From NCBI GenBank assembly GCA_043720415.1, contig JAYSSS010000085.1, positions 27,866 to 91,865 on the forward strand: DNA of 64,000 bases, written 5' to 3'. Positions 10,486 to 20,003 of this stretch are shown in pieces. Each line of letters opens with the position of its first letter. Position 1 is the stretch's first letter. The DNA is from Ideonella sp. (lineage in GTDB: Bacteria; Pseudomonadota; Gammaproteobacteria; Burkholderiales; Burkholderiaceae_C). The notes below the pieces were generated by a model. That model was not told where the DNA came from, made no database searches, and worked only from the letters and a program-made list of their open reading frames with translations. A program made the position numbers and the translations under genes.

Positions 10486-11154
10486 TCAATCCTCTTCGGC
10501 CATCGGGGCGCGCGGGTAGCGTTTGATGGCGACGCCGAACACCTGTACCACGGTCTCCGCCCGATCCATCGTGACGCCCAGGTCCTTGAGCAGGCCATCG
10601 CGAAGGCCATAGACCCAACCGTGCACGGCCACTTTCTGCCCGCGCGCCCAGGCGTCTTGCAGCACGGTGGACAGCGCCACATTGCCGACTTGTTCGATGA
10701 CGTTCATCTCGCACAGGATGTTTTCCTGCTCGGCCTTAGGCAGGTGATCGAGCCGCTTGCGGTGCCGCAGGCGCACATCCTGCACATGGCGCAGCCAGTT
10801 GTCGGCCAGGCCCACGCGAATGCCACTGAGCGCGGCGCGCACACCAGCGCAGCCGTAATGGCCGACGACCATGATGTGCTCGACCTTCAGGTGCTCAACG
10901 GCAAACTGAATGGTGGACAGCGCGTTCAGATCCGAATGCACCACCAGGTTGGCGACGTTGCGGTGAACAAAAACCTCGCCTGGGTCCAGGCCGGTGATTT
11001 CATTGGCCGGCACGCGGCTGTCGGCGCACCCAATCCACATATAGCGCGGGCTTTGCTGCTGCGCCAGGCGGGTGAAAAAGCCCGGCTGGCGGGTTTCGGT
11101 GTCGGCCGCCCATTGGCGGTTTTTGTCAAACAGTTCCTGCAGAGGGTTGCTCAT
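10486..11154 (-). CDS. can: Beta-class carbonic anhydrase
   Basis: WIGCADSRVP, VHRNVAN, VGHYGCAGV zinc ligands. Confidence 0.96.
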   Translation of the reverse strand: MSNPLQELFDKNRQWAADTETRQPGFFTRLAQQQSPRYMWIGCADSRVPANEITGLDPGEVFVHRNVANLVVHSDLNALSTIQFAVEHLKVEHIMVVGHYGCAGVRAALSGIRVGLADNWLRHVQDVRLRHRKRLDHLPKAEQENILCEMNVIEQVGNVALSTVLQDAWARGQKVAVHGWVYGLRDGLLKDLGVTMDRAETVVQVFGVAIKRYPRAPMAEED

Positions 11155-11190
11155 TGGGTGGCGCTAAGGCGTGTCGTGGCGGGGTGTGAT

Positions 11191-11203
11191 TCAGTTTACG
11201 GGC
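11191..11203 (-). promoter_or_regulatory. Putative -10 region of can (GCCCGTAAACTGA)
   Basis: Same 13-mer as upstream of aceK, about 37 nt from the ATG. Confidence 0.5.
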
Positions 11204-11344
11204 GGCTGGGATGGCGGCGGTGACGACTTGCCCTGCGCACGCGCGTTGCTGGCGCGTATTGCCAGCGCAGCTTGCCAACACGATCTGCCCACGCACGCCG
11301 GCGACGAGCCACGCCAGCAAACCCGATCAGCAAGCAATGCCAGC

Positions 11345-11370
11345 TTGATGCGATTTTGATGTTTTGATGC
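11345..11370 (+). promoter_or_regulatory. Putative TA operator: three TTGATG direct repeats
   Basis: ttgatg-cgatt-ttgatg-tt-ttgatg immediately upstream of the antitoxin start, in an AT-rich patch. Confidence 0.5.
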
Positions 11371-11382
11371 TAAATTGCCCCC

Positions 11383-11622
11383 ATGCGCACCACCCTGGCC
11401 ATCGACGACGACATCTTCAACTTCGCCCGCGCGCAAGCCCAGCGCGAGCGCATCACCATCGGCCAGGCCCTGTCACGGCTGGCGCGCGACGGCATCCGCG
11501 CCCAGCACCTGCCCGCGGCCCGGCCGGCACGCGTGAGCAGCAAATTTGCACTGCTGCCGGCGCGCGGCGAGGTCATCACCTCGGAACACGTGCGCGAGCT
11601 GATGGACCAGGAAGGCATGTAG
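11383..11622 (+). CDS. vapB: VapB-like RHH antitoxin
   Basis: MRTTLAIDDD N-terminus, C-terminal VITSEHVRELMD; directly upstream of a PIN gene. Confidence 0.85.
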   Translation: MRTTLAIDDDIFNFARAQAQRERITIGQALSRLARDGIRAQHLPAARPARVSSKFALLPARGEVITSEHVRELMDQEGM

Positions 11623-11625
11623 CCG

Positions 11626-12057
11626 GTGCGCTACCTGCTCGATGTCAACGTTTGGGTGGCCCTGCTCGACGAGGCGCATGTTCACCATGCCCAGGCCCTG
11701 GCCCTGGCACGGCGCAGCAAGCTGCAGATTGCCACCTGCGCGCTGGTGGAGAACGGCGTCATGCGCGTGCTCAACCTGCCGGGCTACAGCCGCTTCGGGC
11801 CGGCTGGCTTCATCCCCGTGCGCGACAAACTGCAAGAGATTTGCGCGCGCCTGGACCACGTGTTCTGGGCTGACGACCTCTCGCTGCGCAGCGATGCGTC
11901 CATCGACTGGTCGCGCGTGCTCGGGCACAACCAGATCACCGATGTCTACCTGCTGGCCCTGGCCGTGGCGCACGGCGGCTGCCTGGCCACGCTGGACCAC
12001 CGCGTGGCGCTCAGCACCGTGCAAGGCGCGAGCGCCAAGAGCCTGTTGCTGTTGTGA
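11626..12057 (+). CDS. vapC: VapC PIN-domain ribonuclease toxin
   Basis: YLLDVNVWVAL, E in ALVENG, QITDVYLLALA, LATLD acidic PIN residues. Confidence 0.9.
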   Translation: MRYLLDVNVWVALLDEAHVHHAQALALARRSKLQIATCALVENGVMRVLNLPGYSRFGPAGFIPVRDKLQEICARLDHVFWADDLSLRSDASIDWSRVLGHNQITDVYLLALAVAHGGCLATLDHRVALSTVQGASAKSLLLL

Positions 12058-12136
12058 GCTTCTGCGCGCGGAAGCGGCCGCGATGATCAATTCGCGCCCG
12101 CGGCGCAGGCCCTGATGGCCGCGCTCTGGCCCGATC

Positions 12137-13318
12137 TCACATCGTCTCGCCAAACAGCTCGCGGCCGATCAACATGCGCCGGATCTCGCTGGTGCCGGCG
12201 CCAATCTCATAGAGCTTGGCATCGCGCCACAGCCGGCCCAGCGGATAGTCGTTGATGTAGCCGTTGCCACCGAAGATCTGAATGCCCTCGCCGGCCATCC
12301 AGGTGGCTTTTTCGGCGCACCACAGGATGACGCTGGCGCAATCCTTGCGCACGCGGCGCACATGGCCGGTGCCGAGCTGATCGAGGTTTTTGCCGACGGT
12401 GTAGCAAAACGCGCGGGCGGCCTGAAGCACGGTGTACATGTCGGCCAGCTTGCCCTGGATGAGCTGGAACTCGCCGATGCTTTGGCCGAACTGCTTGCGC
12501 TCGTGCACATAGGGCACGGCGTTGTCCATCACCGCTTGCATGATGCCTATGGGCCCGGCGGCGAGCACGGCGCGCTCGTAATCCAGACCGCTCATCAACA
12601 CCCGCGCGCCGCCGCCCACGCCACCCAGCACATTGGCCACCGGCACCTCGACATCAACGAACAGCATCTCGCCGGTGTGGCTGCCGCGCATGCCCAGCTT
12701 GTCGAGTTTTTGCGCGGTGGAAAAACCCTTCATTCCCTTCTCGACGATGAAGGCCGTGACGCCGCGAGCCCCGAGCTCGGGTTCGGTTTTGGCGTAGACC
12801 ACCATGGTGTCGGCATCCGGGCCATTGGTGATCCACATCTTGCTGCCGTTGAGCAGGTAATGGCCGCCTTTGTCCTGCGCACGCAGCTTCATGCTGATGA
12901 CGTCCGAGCCTGCGCCGGACTCGCTCATGGCCAGGGCGCCGACATGCTCACCGCTGATCAGCTTCGGTAAATACGTGGCGCGCTGGGCGTCGCTGCCGTT
13001 GCGCTTGATCTGATTGACACAGAGGTTAGAGTGCGCGCCGTAGCTCAGGCCGATGGAGGCCGAGGCGCGCGAGATTTCTTCCATCGCGATCATGTGCGCC
13101 AGGTAGCCCATGCCGGCGCCGCCTTCGCTCTCGGGCACGGTGATGCCCAGCACACCCAGCGCGCCCATCTTGCGCCACAGGTCCATCGGGAACTGGTCGC
13201 TGGCATCGATCGCGGCGGCGCGCGGCGCGATCTCGGCCTGCGCAAAGGCGCGCACGGCGTCGCGCAAGGCATCGATGTCTTCACCGAGCTGAAAGTCGAG
13301 TCCGGGCAGTGGGGTCAT
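12137..13318 (-). CDS. ivd: Isovaleryl-CoA dehydrogenase
   Basis: [50 protein letters not shown]; AGGAG SD before ATG 13318. Confidence 0.96.
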   Translation of the reverse strand: MTPLPGLDFQLGEDIDALRDAVRAFAQAEIAPRAAAIDASDQFPMDLWRKMGALGVLGITVPESEGGAGMGYLAHMIAMEEISRASASIGLSYGAHSNLCVNQIKRNGSDAQRATYLPKLISGEHVGALAMSESGAGSDVISMKLRAQDKGGHYLLNGSKMWITNGPDADTMVVYAKTEPELGARGVTAFIVEKGMKGFSTAQKLDKLGMRGSHTGEMLFVDVEVPVANVLGGVGGGARVLMSGLDYERAVLAAGPIGIMQAVMDNAVPYVHERKQFGQSIGEFQLIQGKLADMYTVLQAARAFCYTVGKNLDQLGTGHVRRVRKDCASVILWCAEKATWMAGEGIQIFGGNGYINDYPLGRLWRDAKLYEIGAGTSEIRRMLIGRELFGETM

Positions 13319-13474
13319 GGGGGGTCTCCTGGGAGTGATCGAGTGATCCGGGGCTCGCAGATCATCGCCCATTGACCCAATCAGCACGCTGAATGAGGCG
13401 CTCGACACTGCAATCGCAGCCCATGCAGTTGAGCCCCTGCTCGCAGGTGTTGGCCCTCGCCTGGAACCTGTCGT

Positions 13475-14254
13475 TCAGAGCCGGCGCCGCAATTGCACCA
13501 GCACCGCGTCCAGCAGGCCCTCGATGCCACCCGCCAGCTCATCCGGCGACACCAGCCAATACGCCTCGGCCTGCGCCACCCGGGGCCCCAGCGTGTAGGC
13601 ACGGTAGCGGTTCAAGCCGCTGATTTGCTGGGCATAGTCCTGACCCGCCAGTTGCGAGCCGAAGCATTGCATCGCCAGGCGCTTGCGCTCGGCCACTGCC
13701 GTGATGTCGAGCAGGCGATTGGGCATCAGCGGCTGGCCGACTTCACACAGCAGCAATTGCAGGGCAGCGCCATGCTGCTGGCGCTGGCGCGCGACTTCCA
13801 CCGCCGCCAGACACACGGCGCGGTGATCGGGGTGCACCTCGAAGGGTGATGGCGCCAGCAGCCACTGCGCGCCGGTGAGCTCGAGTGCCGCATGGATGCG
13901 CTGCTGCAGCGCGGCACCCGGCACCAGGCCGCGATCCGGCAGGCGCCAGAAGTGTGTGCGGGCGCCAGCGCTGGCCCCACCCAAGACCCGCGCCGCCGCC
14001 AGGCTTTCGGCCTCGCGGGTGCTGGCGCCGCCGCCCAGACCACCATCGCTGAGGATCACCACATGCGCTTGGATGCCCGCATCGGCGGCCAGCGCCAGCA
14101 GCCCACCGCAGCCAAAGACCTCGTCGTCCGGGTGGGGTGCCAGCACCAGCATGCTTTGCACATCGGACACCGGCATGGCGTGATAGGGCGTCAACTCATG
14201 CTCGACCCACGCGGGCCAGTGGGGTCTTGGGACGGGGGCTGCGGTGTTGGTCAT
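13475..14254 (-). CDS. PIG-L family deacetylase
   Basis: APHPDDEVFGCGG, HPDH, F.SQ motifs; start 14254 or 14275. Confidence 0.9.
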   Translation of the reverse strand: MTNTAAPVPRPHWPAWVEHELTPYHAMPVSDVQSMLVLAPHPDDEVFGCGGLLALAADAGIQAHVVILSDGGLGGGASTREAESLAAARVLGGASAGARTHFWRLPDRGLVPGAALQQRIHAALELTGAQWLLAPSPFEVHPDHRAVCLAAVEVARQRQQHGAALQLLLCEVGQPLMPNRLLDITAVAERKRLAMQCFGSQLAGQDYAQQISGLNRYRAYTLGPRVAQAEAYWLVSPDELAGGIEGLLDAVLVQLRRRL

Positions 14255-14258
14255 GGCG

Positions 14259-15338
14259 TCAGGTGAAATCGGCATCGCCGGCCATCAGGAACCAGCGCCC
14301 GCGCAGGGCCTCGAGCGGAGGGCCAGCGGTGTGCGCGTAGGTGGGCAAGGCAATGCCAAGCTCGGTGAGGCTGGCCTCGTGCGGCGCGGGCCCGGCCAGG
14401 TGATGCACATGTGAGTGCGTGATCCAGGCCTGCAGCTCGGGCAGCCCGGCTTGCTGGGCCATGTGTCTGGCCACCTGGATCAGCCTGGGCACGGCCCCTG
14501 GCGGTGCCAGCAGATCCAGCAGCTGCAGGTGGTCGGCATGTTGGCGCAGCACCATCACCCCCAGTGGCCGGCGCCACCAGGGGCTGCGCAGCAGCACGAT
14601 GTCGTAGCGAATGGCAGGGTGCATCACATAGCGATGCTGCAGCCAGTGGGCGTCGCGCACGCCGATGATGGAGCCCGTGTGCGCCCTGGCCATCTGTGGC
14701 CACAGCGTGTTGATCAGGTGCTGCTCATCGGCGCTGAAGCCGACGCCGGCCAGGCCCAGGCGCTGCACTTGGCCGAGGGCCGCAGTGGCAAATCCGGCCC
14801 TCGCCTGGGTGGCCTGCGCCGCCGGCCAGGCCAGGCGCACGACGTCATCGACTTGGGCGTACAAGCCGAGCCTTTGGGCAACAGCAAAGGCGCGCTGGTT
14901 CGGGAAGCCAAACGCCAGGCCATAGGCACGGCCTTGGCCCACCATGGCGTGCAGGTAGGCCGCACTCACCTGGTAGAGCGGGCCCCTGCGCACCAGGGCC
15001 TTGTTGGCGCTGGCCTCGACCATCACATCGCAGACCTGGCAGGCCATGCTGGGCTGCCCGAAGTGCAGCACGCGGCGCGGCACGCCGCCGTAGTGCGCCA
15101 CCATGCGGCCCTCACGCATCAAGCCCACGCCACCGCCTTGCGTCAGGGTGTACTTCCAATGCCAGTGCTCGGCCGACATGGGGCTGGCGAAGACCGCAGT
15201 GAACAGGCTGCGCATGGCCAGCGTGGCAGCCTCGGTGGCTGGTGCCAGGGGTGGATCGGCCAGGGTCTGCGGCATTCGACCCAGGGCCACCAGGCCGCTG
15301 TCATGCGCGCCGCCCGCCAGCGTGGTGCCGGGCGTCAT
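14259..15338 (-). CDS. Polysaccharide-locus GNAT-fold acyltransferase
   Basis: WHWKY, HYGG, CDVMV, FGFPN, VRDAHWLQHRY, GDADF; ATGA overlap with the wzt stop. Confidence 0.75.
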   Translation of the reverse strand: MTPGTTLAGGAHDSGLVALGRMPQTLADPPLAPATEAATLAMRSLFTAVFASPMSAEHWHWKYTLTQGGGVGLMREGRMVAHYGGVPRRVLHFGQPSMACQVCDVMVEASANKALVRRGPLYQVSAAYLHAMVGQGRAYGLAFGFPNQRAFAVAQRLGLYAQVDDVVRLAWPAAQATQARAGFATAALGQVQRLGLAGVGFSADEQHLINTLWPQMARAHTGSIIGVRDAHWLQHRYVMHPAIRYDIVLLRSPWWRRPLGVMVLRQHADHLQLLDLLAPPGAVPRLIQVARHMAQQAGLPELQAWITHSHVHHLAGPAPHEASLTELGIALPTYAHTAGPPLEALRGRWFLMAGDADFT

Positions 15339-16618
15339 GGCTCCATCACTTGCCGCCAACGGTGCGGCAGCGCGACGATGCCCTGGTGAACGTCCTCCTG
15401 CACCACATCAAACGCCGCGGCGTGCTCGACCCAGGCGTAGACATTGATGCCACGCTCGCACAGCACATAGGCCGAGACGGTGTAGTGGCCCTTGAGCAGC
15501 GGCAAGGCGTCAAAGCTCAACTCGGCCCGCAGCGCGCCGGTGACGCTGCGCTGCAGTGCCACCTTGTCCAGCCAGCTCGCCGCGCTGCTGACGATGCGGC
15601 CGTCGGCCGAGTGCAGCAAGAAGCCCAGGGTCGGGCAGGGAATGTCCGGGCTGGTTTGGGCATGCACCTCGATCTGCAGCGTGTCCAGACCACTGCGCAG
15701 CACCGGCCCCTCCGTGGGCAAGCTGCTGGCCGGCGGCTCAGCGCGGGCCACGCCGGGGGGCAGGGGTTGATAACCGTCGCCGCTGATACGCGCCAGACGC
15801 ACCTCACGCAGCGCCGCCGCCGCGGTGTCGGCGCGCACCTTGGGGGCGGATGGGCGGGCATCGTCCGGTGCGCCGGCCTCACCCTGCCAAGCGCCGTACT
15901 CGACGCTGGCCTGGTGCGCAGGCCCATCGAACTGCACCCGGCCATCGTGCAGCCAGATGGCGCGCTGGCACAGCGATTCGATCTGGAACAGCGAGTGCGA
16001 GCACAGCAAGATGGTGGCGCCACGCGCCTTCAAGGCCATGATGCGCTCAAAGGATTTGCGGGCGAAGACGCCGTCGCCCACCGACAGGGCCTCGTCGATG
16101 ATGAGGATGTCGGGCTCGACGCTGGTGGCCATTGAAAACGCCAGGCGCACGAACATGCCGCTGGAGTAGCTGCGCACCGGCTGGTCGATGTAGTCGCCGA
16201 TGCCGGCGAACTCGATGATCTCGGGCAGGCGGTGTTCGACTTCGGCCGCCGCCAGGCCGAGCAAGGGCCCATTCAGACGGACGTTCTCGCGTCCGGTCAG
16301 ATCGGGATTGAAGCCCGCGCCCAGCTCCAGCAGCGCAGCGATGCGGCCCTTGACCTGGCGTTGGCCGGCACTGGCCTGCAACACGCCACAGATGATTTGC
16401 AGCAAGGTGGATTTGCCCGCGCCGTTGCGGCCGATGAGGCCCACGGCTTCGCCGCGGCGCACCTGCAAATTGACGTCATGCAAAGCGTGGTGCACCGGGC
16501 CCTTTTCCTGCTGGCCCCACAGGTCGCGCCACAGGCGCAGCAAGGGGCGATGCTCGAGCGAGTAGCACTTGCCCACGCCCTTGAGCGCGATCACCACATC
16601 GTCGTCTTCAGCGGCCAT
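15335..16618 (-). CDS. wzt: Glycan ABC exporter ATPase with C-terminal carbohydrate-binding extension
   Basis: GRNGAGKST, LLELGAGF, YSSGMFVRLAF, DEALSVGD; beta-rich C-terminal domain. Confidence 0.93.
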   Translation of the reverse strand: MAAEDDDVVIALKGVGKCYSLEHRPLLRLWRDLWGQQEKGPVHHALHDVNLQVRRGEAVGLIGRNGAGKSTLLQIICGVLQASAGQRQVKGRIAALLELGAGFNPDLTGRENVRLNGPLLGLAAAEVEHRLPEIIEFAGIGDYIDQPVRSYSSGMFVRLAFSMATSVEPDILIIDEALSVGDGVFARKSFERIMALKARGATILLCSHSLFQIESLCQRAIWLHDGRVQFDGPAHQASVEYGAWQGEAGAPDDARPSAPKVRADTAAAALREVRLARISGDGYQPLPPGVARAEPPASSLPTEGPVLRSGLDTLQIEVHAQTSPDIPCPTLGFLLHSADGRIVSSAASWLDKVALQRSVTGALRAELSFDALPLLKGHYTVSAYVLCERGINVYAWVEHAAAFDVVQEDVHQGIVALPHRWRQVMEP

Positions 16619-16639
16619 GATCGAAAGACCCCCGGCCCC

Positions 16640-17488
16640 TCAGACCAGGTTGGCAAAGCCGGGCCGCAGCCGGCCAAAGACCCAGCGCCCGGTGGGCCAC
16701 AGCAGCAGCAGCTCGGCCAGCGAAATGGCCAGCGCATCCCAGCGCAGCGCGCCACCAAACCAGGCCCAGCGCATGGCCTCGATGGGCCCGGTGAGCGGGT
16801 TGAACAGCAGCAGCTCGCGCAGCACCGGCGGCGCCGCGCTCAGCGGGTAAAACACCGGCGAGAGAAACAACAAGCCACCCACCACCGCCGGCACCACATG
16901 CTGCAGATCGCGCAGGTAGCAGCCGGTGGCGGCCAGCCACCAGGCCAGGGCCAGTTGCAGCGCCAGCACCCAGGCCCAGACCAGGGGCAGCGCCAGCCAG
17001 CCGGCGTGCGGCCACTGGCCAATGGCCAGCAACAGCAGGCCCAGCAGCGCGGTTTGCAGCGCAGCATGCAGCGCCGTTTGCAGCACCAGCGCCAGGCACA
17101 GCAGATCGAGCGGGAAGAGCACGCGCTTGACCAGGTTGGCGTTGTCGGCCATCAACCGGGTGGCGCGCGTGGCCACCTCGGCCACGCCGGTGAAGACCAT
17201 CAGCCCGGCAAACAAGCGCACGGCATAGGCAATGCCCTCGGCGACGGCGCCGCTGGGTGCCGAAGTCGCCGTGGTGACCGCAGACACCGCTGCGGCCATG
17301 GGCGCCCCACCATCGGCCCAGCGCGCCTGGAACACACCGCGAAACACCAGGGCGTAAATCGCCACCATGGCCAGGGGCACGAGCAGTGCCCAGGCCAGGC
17401 CAAAGGCCGTGCCACGGTAGCGCGCCAGCACGTCCTTCTTGGCCAGTGGCCAAGCCAGTTGCAGCGTGCGCAGCGCGGCGGACATCAC
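16640..17488 (-). CDS. wzm: Glycan ABC exporter permease
   Basis: RYRGT.FGLAW, NLVKRVLFP, FLSPVFYP, FNP; multiple hydrophobic segments. Confidence 0.92.
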   Translation of the reverse strand: MMSAALRTLQLAWPLAKKDVLARYRGTAFGLAWALLVPLAMVAIYALVFRGVFQARWADGGAPMAAAVSAVTTATSAPSGAVAEGIAYAVRLFAGLMVFTGVAEVATRATRLMADNANLVKRVLFPLDLLCLALVLQTALHAALQTALLGLLLLAIGQWPHAGWLALPLVWAWVLALQLALAWWLAATGCYLRDLQHVVPAVVGGLLFLSPVFYPLSAAPPVLRELLLFNPLTGPIEAMRWAWFGGALRWDALAISLAELLLLWPTGRWVFGRLRPGFANLV

Positions 17489-18402
17489 TTGATCTGGCTG
17501 GCCGCGGTGATGACGACGTTGTCCACGGGCACGTCCACCAGAAATTGCGTGACCGCGCCCACCGCCACAGGGCGCAGGCCGGTCGCGACCGCACCCAGCA
17601 CGTCCATCACCTCCAAGCCCTGAATGATCTTGCCGAACACGGCATACCCCGGCTCTTCGGCGCTGACGTAGTCCAGCCGCGGGTTGTCCTGCAGGTTGAA
17701 GTAGAACTGCGCCGTGGCCGTGTCGGGCAGGGCCTCGCGCGCCATGCTGATGCTGCCGCGCAGGTTTTTCAGGCCGCGGTTGCTCTCCAGCACGATGGGC
17801 AGGTTGGTGCTGGTCTTGCCGGTCAGCGCCGCGCTCGGGCTGCTGCCGGCAATGAAGCCACCGGCCTGGGCCACCTGGTCCTTGATGACACGGTGAAACA
17901 GCGTGTTGCGGTAGTAGCCGGCGTTGACGTAGTCAAGAAAGTTGTTCACCGTCTTCGGCGCCGCGATCGGGTCGAGCTCGACAACGATGGTGCCTGTGGC
18001 CGTGCCCTGGGTCAGCGTCATGCTGACCTGCGGCAGCGGCGTGTTCAAGATCAATTCGGCCAGGCGCGGGCCCTCGCCGCGCAGCACCTGGATGCGCAGC
18101 GTGCCGATGCTGGTGACACGGCAACTGAAGGATTGCGTGGCGTCGGTGCCGCCAGGCACCACGGTGATGGCACCACAGCCGCCGCCGGTGTCCAGGTTGA
18201 TGCCCTTGTCCAGCGCCTGGCCGCTGACGGTGACGATCATGTTGCGGCCATACAGGACATTGCTGGCCGACAAATTGCTCACCGTGGCCAAGCCCTCGCC
18301 GCCGCCGCAACCGCTGGCCAGGGCCAGGGCAATGGCGCCCACAGCCGCCGCCACGATCAAGCCCAGACGCTGGGCGCCGCGCCGCATTGACATCACCTTC
18401 AT
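17485..18402 (-). CDS. Cyclophilin-type peptidyl-prolyl isomerase, lipoprotein, with N-terminal beta domain
   Basis: Lipobox LASG/C; APKTVNNFLDYV, FHRVI, GSISMAR, AQFYFN, GYAVFGK; GGAG before ATG 18402. Confidence 0.9.
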   Translation of the reverse strand: MKVMSMRRGAQRLGLIVAAAVGAIALALASGCGGGEGLATVSNLSASNVLYGRNMIVTVSGQALDKGINLDTGGGCGAITVVPGGTDATQSFSCRVTSIGTLRIQVLRGEGPRLAELILNTPLPQVSMTLTQGTATGTIVVELDPIAAPKTVNNFLDYVNAGYYRNTLFHRVIKDQVAQAGGFIAGSSPSAALTGKTSTNLPIVLESNRGLKNLRGSISMAREALPDTATAQFYFNLQDNPRLDYVSAEEPGYAVFGKIIQGLEVMDVLGAVATGLRPVAVGAVTQFLVDVPVDNVVITAASQIK

Positions 18403-18418
18403 GCTCTTGCTCCGATAT

Positions 18419-20002
18419 TCATCGCCTGCCCAACAGCCTGTCCATGTCGCCCGCCACCTCGGCCGGCGAACTGCCGGCCAGGCCCTGCAGGCGCACACGG
18501 GCCAACAAATATTCGACGCGCACCTGGGCCAGATCGCGCCGTGCCAGTTGCAGGCGAGCGCCAGCCTCCAACACCTCGCCCGCGGTGCGCAGCCCGGCCG
18601 CGACGCTGCGCGTCACGCCCTCGACCACCAGCTCGGCCGAGGCCACGGCCTGGCGATAGGCCTGGATGCGCTGCGCGCCATGCGAAACGGCCAGGTACTG
18701 ACGCTGCACCTCGAGCTCGACATTGCGCCGCTCGTTGGCCAGCTCGGCCTCGGTGCGCGCCACATCCGAGCGCGCCTGCTTGATGCTGGCCTGGACGCCA
18801 CCGCCGGCGTACAGCGGCACATTGAGCTGAAAGCCCAGGCTGGCCAGGCGCGAGTTCTGGTTCAGGGTGCTGAGAGACTCATTGCTGTTGCGGCTCAGCG
18901 ATGCCACCACGTCCAGACGCGGCAGGTGGCCCGAGAGGTTGCGCTGCACGCCGTGGCGCGCGGCTTCGACGGTCTGCTCGCGCGCCTGGATCGCCGGGTT
19001 GCCGCGCGCGGCCAGGCTTTGCCATTCCTGCAGGCTGGGCGGCTGCAGCGGCGGTGTGGGCATGGTGTCGTCGGCGCGGGCCACCTGCTCGTGGTCGAAG
19101 CCGGTGATGCGCGCCAGGCCGCGACGTGCCACGGTCACCTGATCCAGCACATCCAGCAGTTTGGCGCTGGCCAGGTCAAGCTGGCCCTGGGCATCGGCGA
19201 CCTCGATGCGCGTGCCCTCGCCGCGCTGCAAGCGCTGCTGTGCACGCTCGCGCTGGGCCTGCAACCAGACGATCTGCGCCTGGATCTGCACCAGGTTGTC
19301 GTCGGCCAGCATGCGCTGCAGGTAGGCCACGCTGAGGCGGTCCATCAAGTCCACACCACGCACCCGGTACACCTCATCGGCCCCGACGGCTTGCACCTTG
19401 GCCTGGCGATAGCGGCTGAGCGATTCGTAATTGAAGATCGGCGCGCGCATCTGCAGCGCCTGCTGCGGTGCCTTGTAGTCCAGATCGATGGTGACCTGCT
19501 GGTTCAGTGCATTGGGGAAGGAGCGCGTGCCGCTGTACAGGTTGTCGCTCATGGTGAAGCTCACGCTGGGCAGCAGCGCGGCAAAGCTCACTGGCACATT
19601 GGCCTGGGTGACATCACGCTCGTGGCGCGCGGCGTCGATGAGCGCGTCATGGCCCAGGGCCGCCGTGTAAGCGTGGCCGAAGCCAAGCGCCGCGCCAATG
19701 GGCGGCGGCGGCACAGGAACATTCACGGGCGTCTGAATGGCGGTGACCACGGGCGCCAGGCGCGGCGCCGGCGGCACGGCGGCAGGGGCCGCGGCGGGTG
19801 TGGCGACGGGTGTGGCGACGGGTGTGGTGGCGGGTGTGTCGACTGGCGCGGCTTGGGCCAGCGCCGCGCTGCAGGTGCAGCTCAGCAGCGCGGCGAGCGC
19901 TGCGGCCTTGATGGCCTGCCGGCCGGCCGGCTGGGGGGCCGACTTGGCCGCCGGCTTGGGGGTCGGCTTGGTGGCGGCTGTGGGGGTGGGGGCCTGGATC
20001 AA
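18419..20002 (-). CDS. TolC-family outer membrane channel of the T1SS (PrtF/RsaF-like)
   Basis: Signal peptide, ALLPSV, GHLPRLD, LNVPLYAGG, GLRT..EVL motifs. Confidence 0.92.
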   Translation of the reverse strand: MIQAPTPTAATKPTPKPAAKSAPQPAGRQAIKAAALAALLSCTCSAALAQAAPVDTPATTPVATPVATPAAAPAAVPPAPRLAPVVTAIQTPVNVPVPPPPIGAALGFGHAYTAALGHDALIDAARHERDVTQANVPVSFAALLPSVSFTMSDNLYSGTRSFPNALNQQVTIDLDYKAPQQALQMRAPIFNYESLSRYRQAKVQAVGADEVYRVRGVDLMDRLSVAYLQRMLADDNLVQIQAQIVWLQAQRERAQQRLQRGEGTRIEVADAQGQLDLASAKLLDVLDQVTVARRGLARITGFDHEQVARADDTMPTPPLQPPSLQEWQSLAARGNPAIQAREQTVEAARHGVQRNLSGHLPRLDVVASLSRNSNESLSTLNQNSRLASLGFQLNVPLYAGGGVQASIKQARSDVARTEAELANERRNVELEVQRQYLAVSHGAQRIQAYRQAVASAELVVEGVTRSVAAGLRTAGEVLEAGARLQLARRDLAQVRVEYLLARVRLQGLAGSSPAEVAGDMDRLLGRR

Positions 20003-20003
20003 C

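Noticed and set aside
11185-11200. CRP-like TGTGA-N6-TTACG upstream of can
   Set aside because: Poor right half-site that coincides with the putative -10 element.
11204-11344. Possible gene remnant or ncRNA upstream of vapB
   Set aside because: No recognisable protein motif or convincing structure by eye.
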